The position numbers were made by a program, and so were the translations under genes. DNA of 64,000 nucleotides from Zootoca vivipara (lineage: Eukaryota). Positions within the stretch are counted from its first letter, which is position 1. Each line of letters opens with the position of its first letter. The stretch spans positions 89,776,001 through 89,840,000 of the forward strand of contig NC_083278.1 in the NCBI RefSeq assembly GCF_963506605.1. Direction: 5' to 3'. The notes under the pieces are model-generated. The model had not been told where the DNA came from. It made no database searches and was given only the letters and a program-made list of their open reading frames with translations. Of this stretch, positions 61,300 through 64,000 are shown one piece after another.

Positions 61300-62574
61300 T
61301 CCTAGACCTTGCATTAAATGTGTCAAACATAAGTGATTTTATCAACAAAGTATTTAACAAATCAGTCACAGCAGGCCATCCTTAAGATTCAGTTGTGAAG
61401 TCTGGGAAATGGACTGGGATCTCTGTACTTCCTGAAGTCTGCATTTCCTGCCTATGGCTATTATATGGCAGTATCTATCCTTCTGATGTACTATTTTTTA
61501 AGGGAGAACTAATGATCCCTTCACCACTTAAAACAGCTTGACTGGCAGTCACTGAGTCAATGCAGTGGAAGAGCAAGATGTTTTGCCACAGAGAGGGCCC
61601 ACAGAATGATTGTGCCTTCAATAATTTGTTCAATGTTTGATGCTGTTGGACAGGATCTTGTGAAGGATTCTTTACTAAATCCTCCAACCAGACCATGCAT
61701 GTTCATGCACAGGATGTAGTAGAACAAGCCTCCCAGACTAAGGTCCCAACAGTAGACCGCCCATTTTCTGTTTTTAAATCTCGTAATCTTCTTCCTGAAG
61801 CTGCCATTAATGGCAGTGGTTGAAACCCCCCAAATAAAGAACAGGGACAGCAAGTAACAAAAATGGTAAATATGAAATAAAGGGGTTGGGAAAGTAGCAG
61901 GAACAGAAATGAAGAAGCCAAACAGCAGAAGAAAACAAAACACAGTTTTTGTTGTTGTTGTATGTTTGTTTTTTTGGAAAAGAAGGAAAGCTGTAAGAGC
62001 AACGAATCCAGAATTGAATTAAAAGGCAAGAGAGTGGCTTTTCAGATCTTCGACAGAACCTCTGAATGAGATAGGAGGGAAATCCATTGCAGGCATCTGG
62101 AAACCAATTGGATCTATCTTTCTCAGAATGGCTATTGCATTTCCCTTCCATCTTTTTTTGTTCCACCACTCCAACATTCATTCAGCATTTTGTGCCCACT
62201 GAGCATTCTCACTGAGTTGTTTTCAAATTCCTCCCCCTCAGAAAGAAATGGGCTTCAGTCCTTCCCCCATTCATTTTTTTTGGGGGGGGGGAGTATGCGT
62301 CCAATAAGCTTAGTGATACCTCAGTCACTTGTGGATGGTGATGTTTTAGCTACAAAAAGATCCACGCTCAGAGAATGAGTTGCATATAGGACTTCAACAT
62401 GATACATGCAACATAAATTGAATTTTAAATTCAAAACAATTAGGGTCTGACATTGTTTCCACTAAATTAAATATGAAAATAATGCTCCGAAAGGTGTGCA
62501 TACATGAAGCTGAGGTAAATGTGTTTAAACACATTCTCTCCAGCATATTTGTACTGATATATTTAAAATGTTAC

Positions 62575-62736
62575 CTGTAAGAAAAATGCGTAGATATCAT
62601 CAATTGTGTTAGAGTACTTAGCCTTTTCAGCAACAGATACAAGTGGTACCATGATGTTATCCAGCTCATCCTTCTCAAATAAATTGGGCACTTGTCCTGA
62701 TTTCAGGATACAACTCAGGTCTTCTAAAAATGCATC
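62575..62736 (-). CDS. DNAH14: DNAH14 exon, AAA4 (DAFLEDLSCILKSGQVPNLFEKDE...)
   Basis: atag|GAT, CAG|gtaaca; 162 nt. Confidence 0.93.
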
Positions 62737-63229
62737 CTATAAAAATGATATTAATTAGCAATCTGCTTAGGGCTAGTTAGTTTGCCATATAACTAAGACA
62801 ACCTTCACCAATAACATGCCCTCCAGATGTTTTGGACTACAACTCCCATCATTTCTACCTAGCATAGCCAGGTGGCTGCAACAGATGCGAATTGTAGTTC
62901 AAAACATCCAGAGGGCATGAGTTTTGTGAAGGTTGACCTATGGTCATGCTGAAGTTTCCAAACCATCTTCAGAGTCAGCCCCACATATAATTCCCTGCAT
63001 TATATGTAATCTTGTGACCAGAGGATAGATGGCAGGAGTTAGGCTATCCCTGCCCAGATAGGAGCGCAGCTGGGTCACTAGCTGAAGCTGATGGGTTCAC
63101 GTCATTGAGGCCACCTGGGTCTCAAATGACAGCAATGTATCCAGAGTACGCTCAAGCTGTGCACCCACTCCTTCAGCCAAAAAATATCATTTCAATCAAT
63201 GTTAACAGGTGTACCTACTATTAAAGCAC

Positions 63230-63670
63230 CAATCTGAAAACTTTGGTTTCTCTTTAGTTCCCGTCCCCCCTACATTGTTTCGTACATTTCCACATCATTT
63301 TGTGATTTTTGAGAGGGTGGAATTCATGATAACTCACCAGCATTTTAGTATAGATTCCTAATATACCCACATTTGTATTCAATTTGGTTTATCATAGAGA
63401 TTTTTGCAAAGCAATTTTCCCCAATGTATTGGATGTGTGTTTGTTATTTCACTATATTTCTCATATATGTATTTCTACACACACTTTACCCCAGTATATG
63501 CATTTTTGTACACATTACCTGGTTGGAGAATTGCAATGCAAAATTCAGAGAAATGTGAATTTTAAAGGATGGCTGTGTCTTTCCATTTGTGTATTGTTTT
63601 GGAAAGTGTAAATTAATTAGATAGGTTCACCTTTAAATTGGAACTAAATTGTATTTGTCCCCCAGTCCTA
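63230..63670. repeat. Interspersed repeat (aatatacacatt family)
   Basis: Similar to 57197-57512. Confidence 0.55.
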
Positions 63671-63676
63671 ATTTTC

Positions 63677-63765
63677 ATAGAATCATAGAGTTGGAAGAGA
63701 CCACAAGGGCCATCCAGTCCAACCCCCTGCCAAGCAGGAAACACCATCAAACCATTCTTGACATA
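63677..63765 (-). mobile_element. CR1 3' end fragment
   Basis: Near-identical to 54971-55060. Confidence 0.85.
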
Positions 63766-64000
63766 TGCTTTGACTAGATTGAGCCTTGTTTACCCTTATC
63801 TTGTCAGTTACTGGGAAAAGTAACACCTGAATTAAAATAAAAGGAGAAAAATAGATGGATGTCATCTTTGCTATACTAAGACTTCCAAGCCTCATATTCC
63901 TGAATGTCCAAAGCTAGCTGTTTCACACAGATGTTAAAATGCATGAAAAATAAGGAGTCCTTAAAAAAAAAAACTCTCATAGGAAATAATGGTTTTCTCC

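Larger units (their letters stand above)
13416..62736 (-). other. DNAH14: Dynein axonemal heavy chain 14 gene, 3' part (31 coding exons, about 1797 aa)
   Basis: Spliced translation gives dynein motifs (NCCTVDWYDTWP, stalk/MTBD, AAA5 YPLLIDP, SLGRGQG, YGGRVTD, C-terminal YECPLYRTPERSGTLSSTG...WITRGVALLCQ); adjacency to LBR supports DNAH14. Confidence 0.93.

Noticed and set aside
61475-62181. Cluster of 73-128 aa minus-strand ORFs
   Set aside because: No recognisable homology, TSD or poly(A); could not support a gene or retrocopy

Overview
Eukaryotic (squamate, most likely lacertid lizard, judged from Sauria SINE, BovB, CR1 and tRNA/CR1-tail SINE content) genomic DNA. It holds two convergent genes. 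The + strand carries the last 9 coding exons of LBR (lamin B receptor, sterol C14-reductase domain; 842-10244). The - strand carries the last 31 coding exons of DNAH14 (axonemal dynein heavy chain, AAA4 end through stalk/MTBD, AAA5, AAA6 and C-terminus; 62736-13416). All exons were placed by hand at GT-AG boundaries and join in frame. Introns are packed with transposons: Tc1/mariner-type and hAT MITEs with target-site duplications (TSDs), Sauria SINEs, BovB and CR1 fragments, a Helitron, a solo LTR and an OposCharlie1-like hAT end. The most unusual signal is a pair of ~2 kb poly(A)-tailed elements (32570-34645 and 55095-56973) with 15-17 bp TSDs, GG(A)CTTCC 5' ends and no RT/endonuclease. Each carries a small coiled-coil/acidic ORF ending in GVG-stop, suggesting a protein-coding, L1-mobilised non-autonomous retroelement family. 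One sits in a three-level nest (CR1 > Helitron > element). Repeat family names are from recalled consensus features, not database searches.
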